From: Gemmatimonadales bacterium
GTDB lineage: Bacteria; Gemmatimonadota; Gemmatimonadetes; Gemmatimonadales; GWC2-71-9
Length of the DNA: 64,000 nucleotides
Direction of reading: 5' to 3'
Assembly (NCBI GenBank): GCA_036274515.1
Contig: DASUFQ010000078.1
Span: forward strand, 2,450 to 66,449
Part shown: in pieces, positions 36,922-45,678 of the stretch
How positions within the stretch are numbered: position 1 is the stretch's first letter
Layout of the letters: each line of letters opens with the position of its first letter
Notes under the pieces: model-generated
Database searches by the model: none
Told to the model about the DNA's origin: nothing
Seen by the model: the letters and a program-made list of their open reading frames with translations, nothing else
Made by a program: the position numbers and the translations under genes

Positions 36922-38225
36922 ACCAGCCCGTCGGCATCGAGGCGCGCCGGGCCGCCCTCACCATCCTCCGCGAGGTGCGCGACGGCCGCCCCTTCGACGC
37001 CGCCCTCGGCGGCGCCATCAACGGGCTCAACGACGCCGACCGCCGCCTGGCCCACGAACTCGCCGGCGGCGTCCTCCGCACTCAGGATGCTCTCGATGAC
37101 CGCCTCGCCCGCCTGATCCGGCTGGGCTGGGACTCGGTGGCCCCGCCGATGCGGGACCTCCTCCGGGTCGGCGCCTACCAGCTCCTCCACCTCGACCGCA
37201 TCCCACCGCACGCCGCCGTGAGCACCGCCGTCGACCTGGCCCGCGAAATGGCCGGCAGGGCCCCCGCCGGATTCGTGAACGCCGTCCTCCGCCGCATCGG
37301 CCGCGAGGCCACCCCCGCGCCGCTCGTCGAGTCGGCCGACCCGGTGGCCTCGCTGGCCCGCGCCCACAGCCACCCCGAATGGCTGGTCGCCGGCTGGGTG
37401 GCGCGCTTCGGCGCCGCGGACACCGCACGCCTCCTCGAGTGGAACAACGGCCGCCCTCCCCTCGTCCTCCAGGCGGCGCGCGAAGACCTGACCGCCCTGC
37501 GCGAACGGCTCGACGCCGCCGGCGTCCGGTCGAGCGCGGCCCCCTTCGGCGCCGGCCTCGTGGTCGACACCGGCAGGCCCGGCGACCTCCCGGGCTACGC
37601 CGAGGGCGCCTTCTTCATCCAGGACCCGGCGCAGGCGCTGGTGGCCCGCTTTGCCGACTTCGGACGGGGCGCCACCGTCCTCGACGCCTGCGCCGCCCCC
37701 GGCGGCAAGGCGATTGCCCTCGGCCGGCACGCCAGCCTCCTGGTCGCCGCCGAACGGAGCCGGCGCCGCGTGACCCGCCTCGGCGAGAACCTCCGCCGCG
37801 CCGGCTCGGGCCGCGAACTGTCGATCATGGCCGACGCCGCCGCACCGCCCCTCCGACCGGTGGACGGCGTCCTCCTCGACGCCCCCTGCCTCGGCACCGG
37901 CACCTTTGCCCGGCACCCCGACGCGCGGCTCCGGGTCACCCCGGAAGGGCTGCGCGACCTGGCGCGCACCCAGGCCGCCCTCCTCGACGGCGCGGCGGCG
38001 GCGGTCCGGCCCGGCGGGCTGTTAGTTTACGCCACATGTTCGCTCGAACCCGAGGAGAATGAGGAGCAGGTGGCGCGCTTTCTCGAGACACATCCCGACT
38101 TCACGCGCGAACCGTCCGGCGCGGTGCCCGCCGAGTGCCTCTCCGACGCCGGCGACCTCACCCTGCTCCCCCAGCGGCACGGCACCGACGGCGCCTACGC
38201 CGCCCGCCTCCGGAGGGCGCGGTGA
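36849..38225 (+). CDS. rsmB: 16S rRNA (cytosine967-C5)-methyltransferase
   Basis: NusB-like N-terminus, FIQDPAQ, DACAAPGGK, DAPC.GTG and YATCSLEPEENE motifs. The start is uncertain: GTG 36849 overlaps thiG by 73 nt. Confidence 0.85.
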   Translation: MARRPDAPARDRRPLQPHHRDAALNQPVGIEARRAALTILREVRDGRPFDAALGGAINGLNDADRRLAHELAGGVLRTQDALDDRLARLIRLGWDSVAPPMRDLLRVGAYQLLHLDRIPPHAAVSTAVDLAREMAGRAPAGFVNAVLRRIGREATPAPLVESADPVASLARAHSHPEWLVAGWVARFGAADTARLLEWNNGRPPLVLQAAREDLTALRERLDAAGVRSSAAPFGAGLVVDTGRPGDLPGYAEGAFFIQDPAQALVARFADFGRGATVLDACAAPGGKAIALGRHASLLVAAERSRRRVTRLGENLRRAGSGRELSIMADAAAPPLRPVDGVLLDAPCLGTGTFARHPDARLRVTPEGLRDLARTQAALLDGAAAAVRPGGLLVYATCSLEPEENEEQVARFLETHPDFTREPSGAVPAECLSDAGDLTLLPQRHGTDGAYAARLRRAR

Positions 38226-38974
38226 GGTTCCGGCGCTTCACCCCCGAGGGGAACCCGCAGGTGAGCCGCCGGTTCCTCCTCGGCCTCGCTGTGGTGGGCG
38301 GCGCCTCGCTCCTCGGCTACCTGGTGGCCGCGGCGGTGCTCTTTCCCGCCCCGATGAACGATGCCACCGTCGAGGTCCCCAGCGTCCTCGGCCAGTCCTT
38401 CACCTCCGCCACTGAAACTCTGGAGGCGGAAGGGTTCCGGGTCCGGCGCGAGGCGGAGCTGCCGCACCCGACCGCGCGCGGGGGCACCGTGATCTGGCAG
38501 GATCCGCCGGCGGCGATGCGGCTCCCCCCCTCGGCGGTGGTGCGGCTCACCGTGAGCACCGGCACCGAGGGCACCGTCATTCCCGACGTCGTCAACCTCG
38601 ACGTGGAACTGGCGAAGCTCGTCCTCCGCGAGGCCGGCTTCCGGGCGGGCGGCGTGGACTCGGTGGCCTCCCTCAGCACCCCGGGCACGGTCCTCGCCAC
38701 CCGGCCCGGGCTCGGCGTGGTCCGGAAGCCGGGGGAGCTGGTGACGCTGGTCGTGAGCCGCGGCCCCGCCGATATTCAGGTGCCCGCCCTCCGCGGCCTG
38801 ACCCGCGCGCAGGCGGAGGACCGGCTGGAGGCGCTCGGCCTCCTGGTGGGCTACGTGCGCACCGAGGACCGGCCCGGCGCGCGGGCCGGCGTGGTGCTTG
38901 AGCAGCGCCCCAATCCCGGCGTCCGCCTCCCCCGGCGGAGCCGGGTGGACCTGACCCTCGCGAGGGCCCCGTGA
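38222..38974 (+). CDS. PASTA-domain membrane protein (three PASTA repeats)
   Basis: N-terminal TM segment, then three units of about 65 aa of the type VP.v.G.....A...L...G. GTG start in a GTGA overlap with rsmB. Confidence 0.8.
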   Translation: MRFRRFTPEGNPQVSRRFLLGLAVVGGASLLGYLVAAAVLFPAPMNDATVEVPSVLGQSFTSATETLEAEGFRVRREAELPHPTARGGTVIWQDPPAAMRLPPSAVVRLTVSTGTEGTVIPDVVNLDVELAKLVLREAGFRAGGVDSVASLSTPGTVLATRPGLGVVRKPGELVTLVVSRGPADIQVPALRGLTRAQAEDRLEALGLLVGYVRTEDRPGARAGVVLEQRPNPGVRLPRRSRVDLTLARAP

Positions 38975-39636
38975 ACCCGATCATTGCACCCAGCGTGTTG
39001 AGCGCCGACCTCTCCCGGCTCCGCGAGCAGGTGGAGGCGGCCATCGCCGGCGGCGCCGAGTGGATGCACGTGGACGTGATGGACGGGCACTTCGTCCCCA
39101 ACCTCACCTTCGGCGCGCCGATGATCCGCGCCCTGCGCCGCATCACCGACCGCCCGATCGATGTCCACCTCATGGTGGAGCGCCCCGAGCAGTACATCGA
39201 CGACTACGCCGCCGCCGGCGCCAACGTCTTCTCGTTCCATCCCGAGGCCACCATCCACGTGCAGCGGCACCTGGCGGCCATTCGCGAGACGGGAATGCTC
39301 GCCGGGCTGGTGCTCAACCCCTCGACCCCGCTCGCCCTCATCGAGGAGGTGGTGGACAACCTCGACCTCGTGCTGGTGATGTCGGTCAACCCAGGGTTCG
39401 GCGGCCAGTCGTACATCCCCGCCGCCACCGACAAGATCCGGCGGGTGCGGGCGCTGCTCGACAGCCGCGGCTCCGCGGCGCGGCTCGAGGTCGACGGCGG
39501 GGTGACCGTCAAGACGATCCGCGAGGTGCACGAGGCGGGCGCCGACACCTTCGTGGCGGGCACCGCCGTCTTCGGCGCCCCCGATGTCCGCGCCGCCGTC
39601 AGCGAACTCCATCGCCTGTGCCTGGCGCGGGCTTGA
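38971..39636 (+). CDS. rpe: ribulose-phosphate 3-epimerase
   Basis: IAPSVLSAD, HVDVMDGHFVPN, MSVNPGFGGQ. Confidence 0.95.
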   Translation: MNPIIAPSVLSADLSRLREQVEAAIAGGAEWMHVDVMDGHFVPNLTFGAPMIRALRRITDRPIDVHLMVERPEQYIDDYAAAGANVFSFHPEATIHVQRHLAAIRETGMLAGLVLNPSTPLALIEEVVDNLDLVLVMSVNPGFGGQSYIPAATDKIRRVRALLDSRGSAARLEVDGGVTVKTIREVHEAGADTFVAGTAVFGAPDVRAAVSELHRLCLARA

Positions 39637-39649
39637 GGAGGGCAGGACC

Positions 39650-40186
39650 GTGAACAGGCAATGGTACGTCGTCGGCACGATCGTCCTGGCCATGGTGGCC
39701 GGCGCATTCATGCTGGTGAAGAACAGCCCCGACAACTACGGCGTGCAGGTCGGCCGGAAGGCCCCCGACTTCCGCGTCGTCGACCTCGCCACCGGCGACA
39801 CCATTTCGCTCCGGGAGCGCTACAAGGGCCAGGTGACCCTCGTGAACATCTGGGCCACCTGGTGCGGCCCCTGCCGCGAGGAGATGCCCTCGATGGAAGC
39901 CGCCTACAAGGAGCTGGAACCCAAGGGGTTCAAGGTCGCCGCGGTCAGCATCGATGACGGCTCCCCCGAGGACGTCGTCGGGTTCGCGAACTCCCTCGGT
40001 GTCACCTTCGATCTCCTGATGGACCGGAGCGGGATGATCCAGCGGGCCTACCAGACCACCGGCGTGCCCGAGAGCTTCCTCCTCGACCGCGACGGCGTCA
40101 TCGTCAAGCGGATCATCGGCGCGCACGACTGGAGCACCGCGGTGAACCGTTCCCTGATCGAGCGGCTGCTCGAACAGGGGAGCTGA
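39650..40186 (+). CDS. TlpA/ResA-family thiol:disulfide oxidoreductase
   Basis: TM anchor plus WATWCGPCREEMP thioredoxin motif. GTG start with GAGGAGGG upstream. Confidence 0.85.
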   Translation: MNRQWYVVGTIVLAMVAGAFMLVKNSPDNYGVQVGRKAPDFRVVDLATGDTISLRERYKGQVTLVNIWATWCGPCREEMPSMEAAYKELEPKGFKVAAVSIDDGSPEDVVGFANSLGVTFDLLMDRSGMIQRAYQTTGVPESFLLDRDGVIVKRIIGAHDWSTAVNRSLIERLLEQGS

Positions 40187-40196
40187 CCCCGCCGGC

Positions 40197-41237
40197 GTGC
40201 GCGTCCTCGGCATCGAGTCTTCCTGCGACGAGACCTCCGCCGCCGTGGTCCGCCTCGACGGCGGCCGCCCGGCGCTGGAGAGCGTCGTCATCCTCTCCCA
40301 GGACGTGCACAAGGTGTTCGGCGGAGTGGTGCCGGAGCTCGCCAGCCGGGCGCACCTCACCGCCATCATCCCGGTGGTGGACCGGGCGCTCGCCGAGGCG
40401 GGGATCGAGCTCGACGGGGTGGACGCGATCGCGGTGACGGCGGGGCCGGGGCTGGTGGGGGCGCTGCTGGTGGGGGTGATGTACGGGAAGACCCTGGCCT
40501 GGTCAGCGGGGCTCCCGCTCATCGGCGTGCACCACATGGAAGGCCACCTCTTTGCCCCGACGCTGGAGGACCCCGAGTTCGCCCCGCCCTTCGTCGGGCT
40601 CCTGGTGAGCGGCGGGCACACCCTCCTCCTCGACGTGCCGGCCTGGGGCGAGTACCGCCTCCTCGGTCAGACGCTCGACGACGCCGCCGGCGAGGCGTTC
40701 GACAAGGTGGCCACCCTCCTCGGCCTTCCCTACCCCGGCGGCGCCCCGCTCGAGAAGCTCGCCGCCACCGGGCGGGCCGGAACGTTCATCTTCCCCCGCC
40801 CCCTCCTCCGCGACCTCTCCGGCACCGGCCCCAACCGCTGGAACTTCTCGTTCAGCGGCCTCAAGACGGCGGTGCTCCGGGCGGTGCGCCAGTCCACCGA
40901 CCTCGACGCCGAGAAGGCGGACCTGGCCCGCGGGTTCCAGGAGGCGGCCATCGAGGTGCTCGTGGAGAAGACTGCCGCCGCCGCCGAGGAGCTGGGCTAT
41001 CCGCAGGCGATGATCGGCGGCGGGGTGGCCTGCAACCGGACCCTCGCCGCGCGGATGCGCGAGCGGCTCGGCGCCCGGGTCCGCCTGGCGGTGGCCACCC
41101 CGCGCCTCAACACCGACAACGCCGCGATGATCGCCGCCGCGGGGGCGTGGCGCCTCGCGCGCGGCGAGCGGAGCGACCCCGGCCTCGAGCCGAGCGACAG
41201 CCTCCCCCTCCCCGGACTCCTCACACCTGCCGCCTGA
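40197..41237 (+). CDS. tsaD: tRNA N6-adenosine threonylcarbamoyltransferase
   Basis: VLGIESSCDETS, GVHHMEGH, SGGHT. Confidence 0.95.
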   Translation: MRVLGIESSCDETSAAVVRLDGGRPALESVVILSQDVHKVFGGVVPELASRAHLTAIIPVVDRALAEAGIELDGVDAIAVTAGPGLVGALLVGVMYGKTLAWSAGLPLIGVHHMEGHLFAPTLEDPEFAPPFVGLLVSGGHTLLLDVPAWGEYRLLGQTLDDAAGEAFDKVATLLGLPYPGGAPLEKLAATGRAGTFIFPRPLLRDLSGTGPNRWNFSFSGLKTAVLRAVRQSTDLDAEKADLARGFQEAAIEVLVEKTAAAAEELGYPQAMIGGGVACNRTLAARMRERLGARVRLAVATPRLNTDNAAMIAAAGAWRLARGERSDPGLEPSDSLPLPGLLTPAA

Positions 41238-41249
41238 GGCGGAGCCCCG

Positions 41250-42092
41250 ATGCCAGTCTACCCCTTCAACATCCATCTCGGCCCGATGCAGGTGACCGGG
41301 TACGGCCTGATGATGATGGTCGCCTTCCTCACCGGCGGCTGGCTGATCGCGCTCGAGCTCCAGCGGCGGCACCTCAACCGGGAATATTCCTCGGACATCG
41401 TCATCGCCGCCCTCATCGGCGGCATCCTCGGCGCCAAGATCTGGTACGCGGTCCTGAAGGGAGACGCCGGGGCGCTCTTTTCCCTCGGCGGGCTCGTCTG
41501 GTACGGCGGGTTCCTCGGCGGGGTGACGGCGGTCCTCATCAACGGCTGGCGGCTTCGCGTGCCTCCGCGGTGGACCATGCAGGTCATGGCGCCGGCGCTG
41601 GCGGCGGCCTACGCCCTCGGCCGGATCGGCTGCTTCCTGGTGGGCGATGACTACGGTCGCCCGACCGACCTCCCCTGGGCCCTCTCCTTCCCCCAGGGAC
41701 TGCCCCCCACCACGGCGGGCAACCTGGCCGGCTTCGGCGTGCCGTTTCACCCCGGCACCGACCCCTCGACGGTGCTCGCGGTGCACCCGACACAGCTCTA
41801 CGAAACGATCCTGATGTTCTTCGCCTTCACGATCCTCTGGAAGCTGCGGACAAAGGCGTGGGGGACCGGCGCCATCTTCGGCGTGTACCTGGTGATGGCG
41901 GGGGTCGAACGGTTTTTCGTCGAGATCCTCCGTGCCAAGGACGATCGCTTCTTCGGCGGCTTCACGGCGGCGCAGCTGACCAGCGTGGCGCTGGTGGCGG
42001 TAGGGATGATCGTCTTCGCCAGACTGAAGGACGCGGGCGTCGCCCCGACGGGGGTGTACCTTTCCAATACACCAGCGGAAACTGTCAAATAG
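41250..42092 (+). CDS. lgt: prolipoprotein diacylglyceryl transferase
   Basis: YGLMMMVAF, GRIGCFL.GDDYG, HPTQLYE. Confidence 0.95.
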   Translation: MPVYPFNIHLGPMQVTGYGLMMMVAFLTGGWLIALELQRRHLNREYSSDIVIAALIGGILGAKIWYAVLKGDAGALFSLGGLVWYGGFLGGVTAVLINGWRLRVPPRWTMQVMAPALAAAYALGRIGCFLVGDDYGRPTDLPWALSFPQGLPPTTAGNLAGFGVPFHPGTDPSTVLAVHPTQLYETILMFFAFTILWKLRTKAWGTGAIFGVYLVMAGVERFFVEILRAKDDRFFGGFTAAQLTSVALVAVGMIVFARLKDAGVAPTGVYLSNTPAETVK

Positions 42093-42139
42093 TTCGACAA
42101 CGTGGTAAGTGACTCAGATCACATAGGTTGTGCCACAGC

Positions 42140-42181
42140 GCCGGGAATCGTCAAATTATCGTACGATTTCCGGCGTTTTTC
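42140..42181 (+). terminator. intrinsic terminator of lgt
   Basis: 11-bp stem GCCGGGAATCG (42140-42150) / CGATTTCCGGC (42164-42174, one G-U), 13-nt loop, then GTTTTT. Confidence 0.75.
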
Positions 42182-42211
42182 GCGACCTTCCCAAATATTG
42201 TAACTTAAACT

Positions 42212-42240
42212 GTGACAACGTGTTACGATCTTGTTAAATG
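42212..42240 (+). promoter_or_regulatory. sigma-70-like promoter GTGACA-17 nt-TGtTAAATG (extended -10)
   Basis: Read directly in a region of about 45-50 % GC. It sits 30 nt after the lgt terminator and just before the structured RNA candidate. Confidence 0.5.
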
Positions 42241-42246
42241 TGGCAT

Positions 42247-42418
42247 GAACGGTGCTTTAGTAAGAGACCAGCAAGGGGCGTATTCGAGCTCCAGGAAAAA
42301 GTGGTAGGTCGAAGAAGGGTTGGAGCGGGCACATCCGCCCGTTTCCGTATAACTCAGGGGGCGATCTACCACCTCTCTACGCAAGCGGCCCGCCGATTTC
42401 GGCGGGCCGTTTGCATTT
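42247..42418 (+). ncRNA. candidate structured small RNA (~170 nt), class not assigned
   Basis: It has its own promoter and terminator. Nested helices: 42254-42267/42374-42386, 42301-42311/42362-42372, and an apical hairpin at 42326-42341. GC is far below the genome average. There is no credible ORF. Confidence 0.55.
42387..42418 (+). terminator. intrinsic terminator GGCCCGCC-gatttc-GGCGGGCC followed by GTTTGCATTT
   Basis: 8-bp perfect GC stem, 6-nt loop and a T-rich tail on the plus strand. It lies 13 nt from the stop of the convergent FTR1 gene. Confidence 0.7.
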
Positions 42419-42430
42419 CCCCCTTGCTGC

Positions 42431-44551
42431 TCAGTACTGCCGCGCGTGCAGCCTGGCCTTGAGGCGGGCCACCTCGGCACGCAGCTCGGCCAGGTCGGCG
42501 TCCATCCGGTCGAGCGAACGGAGCAGGTCCACCTCGAAGTGCACGCCCCCCGACGGCGCCTTCGACTCCACGACCGCCCCGGCGTCGGCGGCGGGCGGGA
42601 GCGGATCCGGCACCAGTTCCTGCGTGACCCGGAGCCGCCGCGGCTCCAGGTAGAAGGTCCACACCAGCGCGATCACGAAGAGCAGGAGCAGCACCCCCTG
42701 CACCGCGAGCGACTCCACCGTCCGGTAGATTCCCAGTCGCTCGATCTGCGGCGCCCACTCCACCACCGTGATCGGCACCACCCCGCCCCCCTGCAATTCC
42801 GCGACGCCCTTCCCCGCGAAGACGAACGCCATGTAGTAGAGGAAGGCGCTGGTGACGCCAAAGAAGGGCTTGAGCGGGAGCTTCACCCCGAAGCGATTGA
42901 TCAGGACGTACACCACGCCGAGAACCACCGAGGCCGCGGCGATGCCGAGGAGCACCGGCATGACCGCCCCGCCGGCGGGGCCGGCGAGGAGGAGCGCCTT
43001 GTAGAAGAGGACGGTCTCCACCCCTTCCCGGTAGACCGCGAGGAATGCGACGGACGGCAGGGCAAAGGCGGAGCCCGACACCAGCGCGTCCTGCACCTTC
43101 CCCTTCACGAACCGGTTCCACTTCGCCACTTCCATCTTGGAGAGGAGCCAGTAGCTGACGTAGAAAAGCGCCGCGGTGGCCACCAGCATGGTGACCCCCT
43201 CGAGCACTTCCTGGCTGGCGGGGGAGAACCGGAAGATGGTCTCGAACGCCACGGCGGTCAGGAGGCTCACGACCACGGCGGCGGCGACCCCGACGTGAAT
43301 GTCGCGCCGGCGGCGGCGGTTGCCCGTCTTGACCAGGAAGGCGATCAGCGCGCCGATCAGGAGGATCGCCTCCAGCCCTTCGCGGAGGAGGATGACGAAC
43401 GACTGCACGAAGAGGTCGGCGCCGGTCATCGGCTCGGCGACGAGGCGTTCCGCCCGCGCGAGGTCGACGCCGAGTCCTGCGCGCAGCGTCCGGAGTTCCC
43501 CCGCGGTGGCGCCCCCCGACACCCGGCCCCGCAGCGTGGCGAACGACGCCTCGAGCCGCCCGGCGAGCGCCGGATCCACCGCGCGCACCCCCGATTCCAC
43601 CTGCTCGAAGGTCAGGTACGCCTCGAACGCCTCCCCGCCGGCGGCGTCGCTCTCCCCGAGGGCGGCCAGTGCCAGCGCCGAATCGAGCTGGGTCCCCACC
43701 TGCGCGAAGACCGCGGCTGACTCCGCCCCGCTGTCCTGGCCGTGGAAGCTCCGCACCGCGGCGATGGCGGCGGCGGATTGGTCGGGGATCCCGCCGATCG
43801 CCTCGGCGATCTGCCGGTCGGACATCCGCGCGGTGGTGCCGAAAGCGCGGAGGCCGGCGGGCACCTCGCCGGCGGGAGCGGGATAGCGGAGGAGGGTGGC
43901 GTACGCCGCGGCGGCCCAGCGATCGGAGCTGCTGAGCCGGGTCTCGAAGGCGGGCATCGCGGTGCCCGCGACGCCGATCGTGATCCGGCGGTAGTAGTCG
44001 AGCGGGGAAAGGTCGGCGAGCCCGGCGCCGTCGTTCAGCGTGGCGGGGGGCGGCGTGAGCCCGAGCCCGTCGGGGCCGTCGCCCCGGCCGGCGAGCCCGT
44101 GGCAGCCGGCGCAGTTCTTCTGGTACACCTGCGCCCCGCGCGCGAGCGACGGCGCGGCGGAGGGCACCTGGTCCACGTCCACCCGATAGCGGTCGGCCAA
44201 CCCGGCGGTCAGCGTCCGGGCGCCGAGCGCCACGGAATCGGGATCGGCGGTACGCCCGATCGCGGCGAGCAGGAGGTTCAATGCGGAAACGGTGGCGGCG
44301 GAAGATTCAGGGGGGAGCCGGCCGGCGGTGCGCACCGCCTCAGCGAGGAAGAGCCGGGCCTCCGCCACCTCGGCGGGGGCAATCACCCGCCCGGCAGAGA
44401 CGCCGACCCGGTACTCCTGCGCGGCGAGCTGGACGGTCGTCGCGATTCGCTGGACCACCTGCGTCAAATCGCCCCCGGGCGGGGGCGACGGTGCGCCCTG
44501 CTGGAGGGCAGCGACGAGCAGGATGGAGTGAACCGCGTTGGTGATAATCAT
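42431..44551 (-). CDS. cytochrome c / FTR1-family iron permease fusion protein
   Basis: Signal-like N-terminus, heme motif CAGCH, two REGxE motifs (LREGLEAIL, YREGVETVL) in a 7-TM FTR1 domain, and a C-terminal coiled-coil tail. Confidence 0.85.
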   Translation of the reverse strand: MIITNAVHSILLVAALQQGAPSPPPGGDLTQVVQRIATTVQLAAQEYRVGVSAGRVIAPAEVAEARLFLAEAVRTAGRLPPESSAATVSALNLLLAAIGRTADPDSVALGARTLTAGLADRYRVDVDQVPSAAPSLARGAQVYQKNCAGCHGLAGRGDGPDGLGLTPPPATLNDGAGLADLSPLDYYRRITIGVAGTAMPAFETRLSSSDRWAAAAYATLLRYPAPAGEVPAGLRAFGTTARMSDRQIAEAIGGIPDQSAAAIAAVRSFHGQDSGAESAAVFAQVGTQLDSALALAALGESDAAGGEAFEAYLTFEQVESGVRAVDPALAGRLEASFATLRGRVSGGATAGELRTLRAGLGVDLARAERLVAEPMTGADLFVQSFVILLREGLEAILLIGALIAFLVKTGNRRRRRDIHVGVAAAVVVSLLTAVAFETIFRFSPASQEVLEGVTMLVATAALFYVSYWLLSKMEVAKWNRFVKGKVQDALVSGSAFALPSVAFLAVYREGVETVLFYKALLLAGPAGGAVMPVLLGIAAASVVLGVVYVLINRFGVKLPLKPFFGVTSAFLYYMAFVFAGKGVAELQGGGVVPITVVEWAPQIERLGIYRTVESLAVQGVLLLLFVIALVWTFYLEPRRLRVTQELVPDPLPPAADAGAVVESKAPSGGVHFEVDLLRSLDRMDADLAELRAEVARLKARLHARQY

Positions 44552-44555
44552 TCTC
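44537..44555. promoter_or_regulatory. Fur-box-like 19-mer GTTGGTGATAATCATTCTC
   Basis: About 15/19 identity to the E. coli consensus GATAATGATAATCATTATC. It overlaps the ATG ATT ATC start of the iron permease gene. Confidence 0.35.
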
Positions 44556-44605
44556 AGGTCGTTTGGTCAGCGAAGCCGGAAAATATGGCACGCCTGAGCG
44601 ATTGG

Positions 44606-44989
44606 CTAGGGCTTGTCCCGCGAAAGGATGACCACCGCTCCCGCCACCCCGTGGGTGTGGGTGAGCGACAGGAGCAGCGTGCACGCCTCCGGCACCGTGG
44701 CGGCGAGTCCGTGCAGCGACAGCAGCGGCCGGCCGTCCGCCTCGCGCGACACCTCCAGGTCGTGCCACCCGACGGCGCGCATCCCCGGCAGCGATTGCAG
44801 CGCCTTGTACGCCGCTTCCTTGGCCGCCACCCGCACGGCAAAATGCGGCGCCGGGTCCGGCTGCCGCATCACGTATTCCCGTTCGCCGATGGTGAGGAAC
44901 CGGTCCAGCGCCCGCTCGCCGTAGCGGGACAGGATCGACCGCGCCCGCTCCACCTCCACCACATCCATGCCGACGCCGAGCACGCTCAC
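44606..44989 (-). CDS. acpS: holo-[acyl-carrier-protein] synthase
   Basis: GVGMDVVEVERA..., FAVRVAAKEAAYKAL, SLTHT. GTG start in a GTGA overlap with the upstream gene. Confidence 0.85.
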   Translation of the reverse strand: MSVLGVGMDVVEVERARSILSRYGERALDRFLTIGEREYVMRQPDPAPHFAVRVAAKEAAYKALQSLPGMRAVGWHDLEVSREADGRPLLSLHGLAATVPEACTLLLSLTHTHGVAGAVVILSRDKP

Positions 44990-45678
44990 AGGTGCCGCCA
45001 GAGCAGCTCCGCCACCGGACGGAGCGCGGCGGGAATGCGAAGGTATCCACCCAGCATGAGCCCTGCCCAGAGCGCCACGCCGTACACCACCGCCGTGGCG
45101 GTCCAGAGCGGCCAGCGCGCGCGGCGCCACGCCGCGATCGCGGCGATGTCGGCCTCCCACTCGGCGAGCTCCCAGGTGGCCGCGGCGCTGAGCCCCGACC
45201 AGGCGCTCTCCATCCGCCGTGCGGTGGCGAGCACCTGCGCGCTCCACGCCGGGCCGCTGGCGTGCTCGAGTTCCGCCGCGGCGCGAAGCATCGCCCCGGC
45301 GCTGGCACCGAGCCGCGCATGGATGGCCCGGTGTTCCTCGGGGGTGACGCGGTGCCGCTCCACCCGCCACTCCGGCATCCGCGCGGTCACCGCGGCCGCG
45401 GTGATCCGCTGGTCGAGCTGCCCGATGACCGCGGCCGCCGCCTCCTCGGTCGCCGCATCCCACATCGCCGCCCAGGCCGCCGGGGCCAGCGCCGCTCGCG
45501 CAGCCGAGTTGCTGCCGGCGTCGAGAGCCGCCCGCGCCTCCCCGGCGGCGCCGAGCAGCCGCGTCACCAGTGAGAGCCGGACCGGCGCGAGCAGGGCGTC
45601 GATGCCCTCCGGCGCCGCGGGGTGCACCAGCCTTCCCAGGGCGGGGCCGAGTTCGGGCAGCGTCACCGCGGCGCTCAT
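44986..45678 (-). CDS. Ala-rich hypothetical protein with a C-terminal TM anchor
   Basis: 230 aa from the ATG that overlaps the CYTH stop (ATGA). It ends in WPLWTATAVVYGVALWAGLMLGGYL...RHL. No recognisable family. Confidence 0.55.
   Translation of the reverse strand: MSAAVTLPELGPALGRLVHPAAPEGIDALLAPVRLSLVTRLLGAAGEARAALDAGSNSAARAALAPAAWAAMWDAATEEAAAAVIGQLDQRITAAAVTARMPEWRVERHRVTPEEHRAIHARLGASAGAMLRAAAELEHASGPAWSAQVLATARRMESAWSGLSAAATWELAEWEADIAAIAAWRRARWPLWTATAVVYGVALWAGLMLGGYLRIPAALRPVAELLWRHL

Noticed and set aside
42238-42462. The 74-aa ORF (MWHERCFSKRPARG...) and the 85-aa minus-strand ORF (42223-42480) across the lgt/FTR1 gap.
   Set aside because: There is no ribosome-binding site, codon usage is atypical for the genome, the peptides are basic low-complexity sequence, and both ORFs run straight through two terminator hairpins. 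The region is better explained as a non-coding RNA locus.
44586-44600. Sigma-54 promoter-like TGGCACG-N4-AGCG in the gap upstream of the FTR1 gene.
   Set aside because: The -12 element is not TTGC, the GG-to-GC spacing is off by one, and the motif is on the plus strand pointing into the antisense of acpS rather than toward the minus-strand permease gene.
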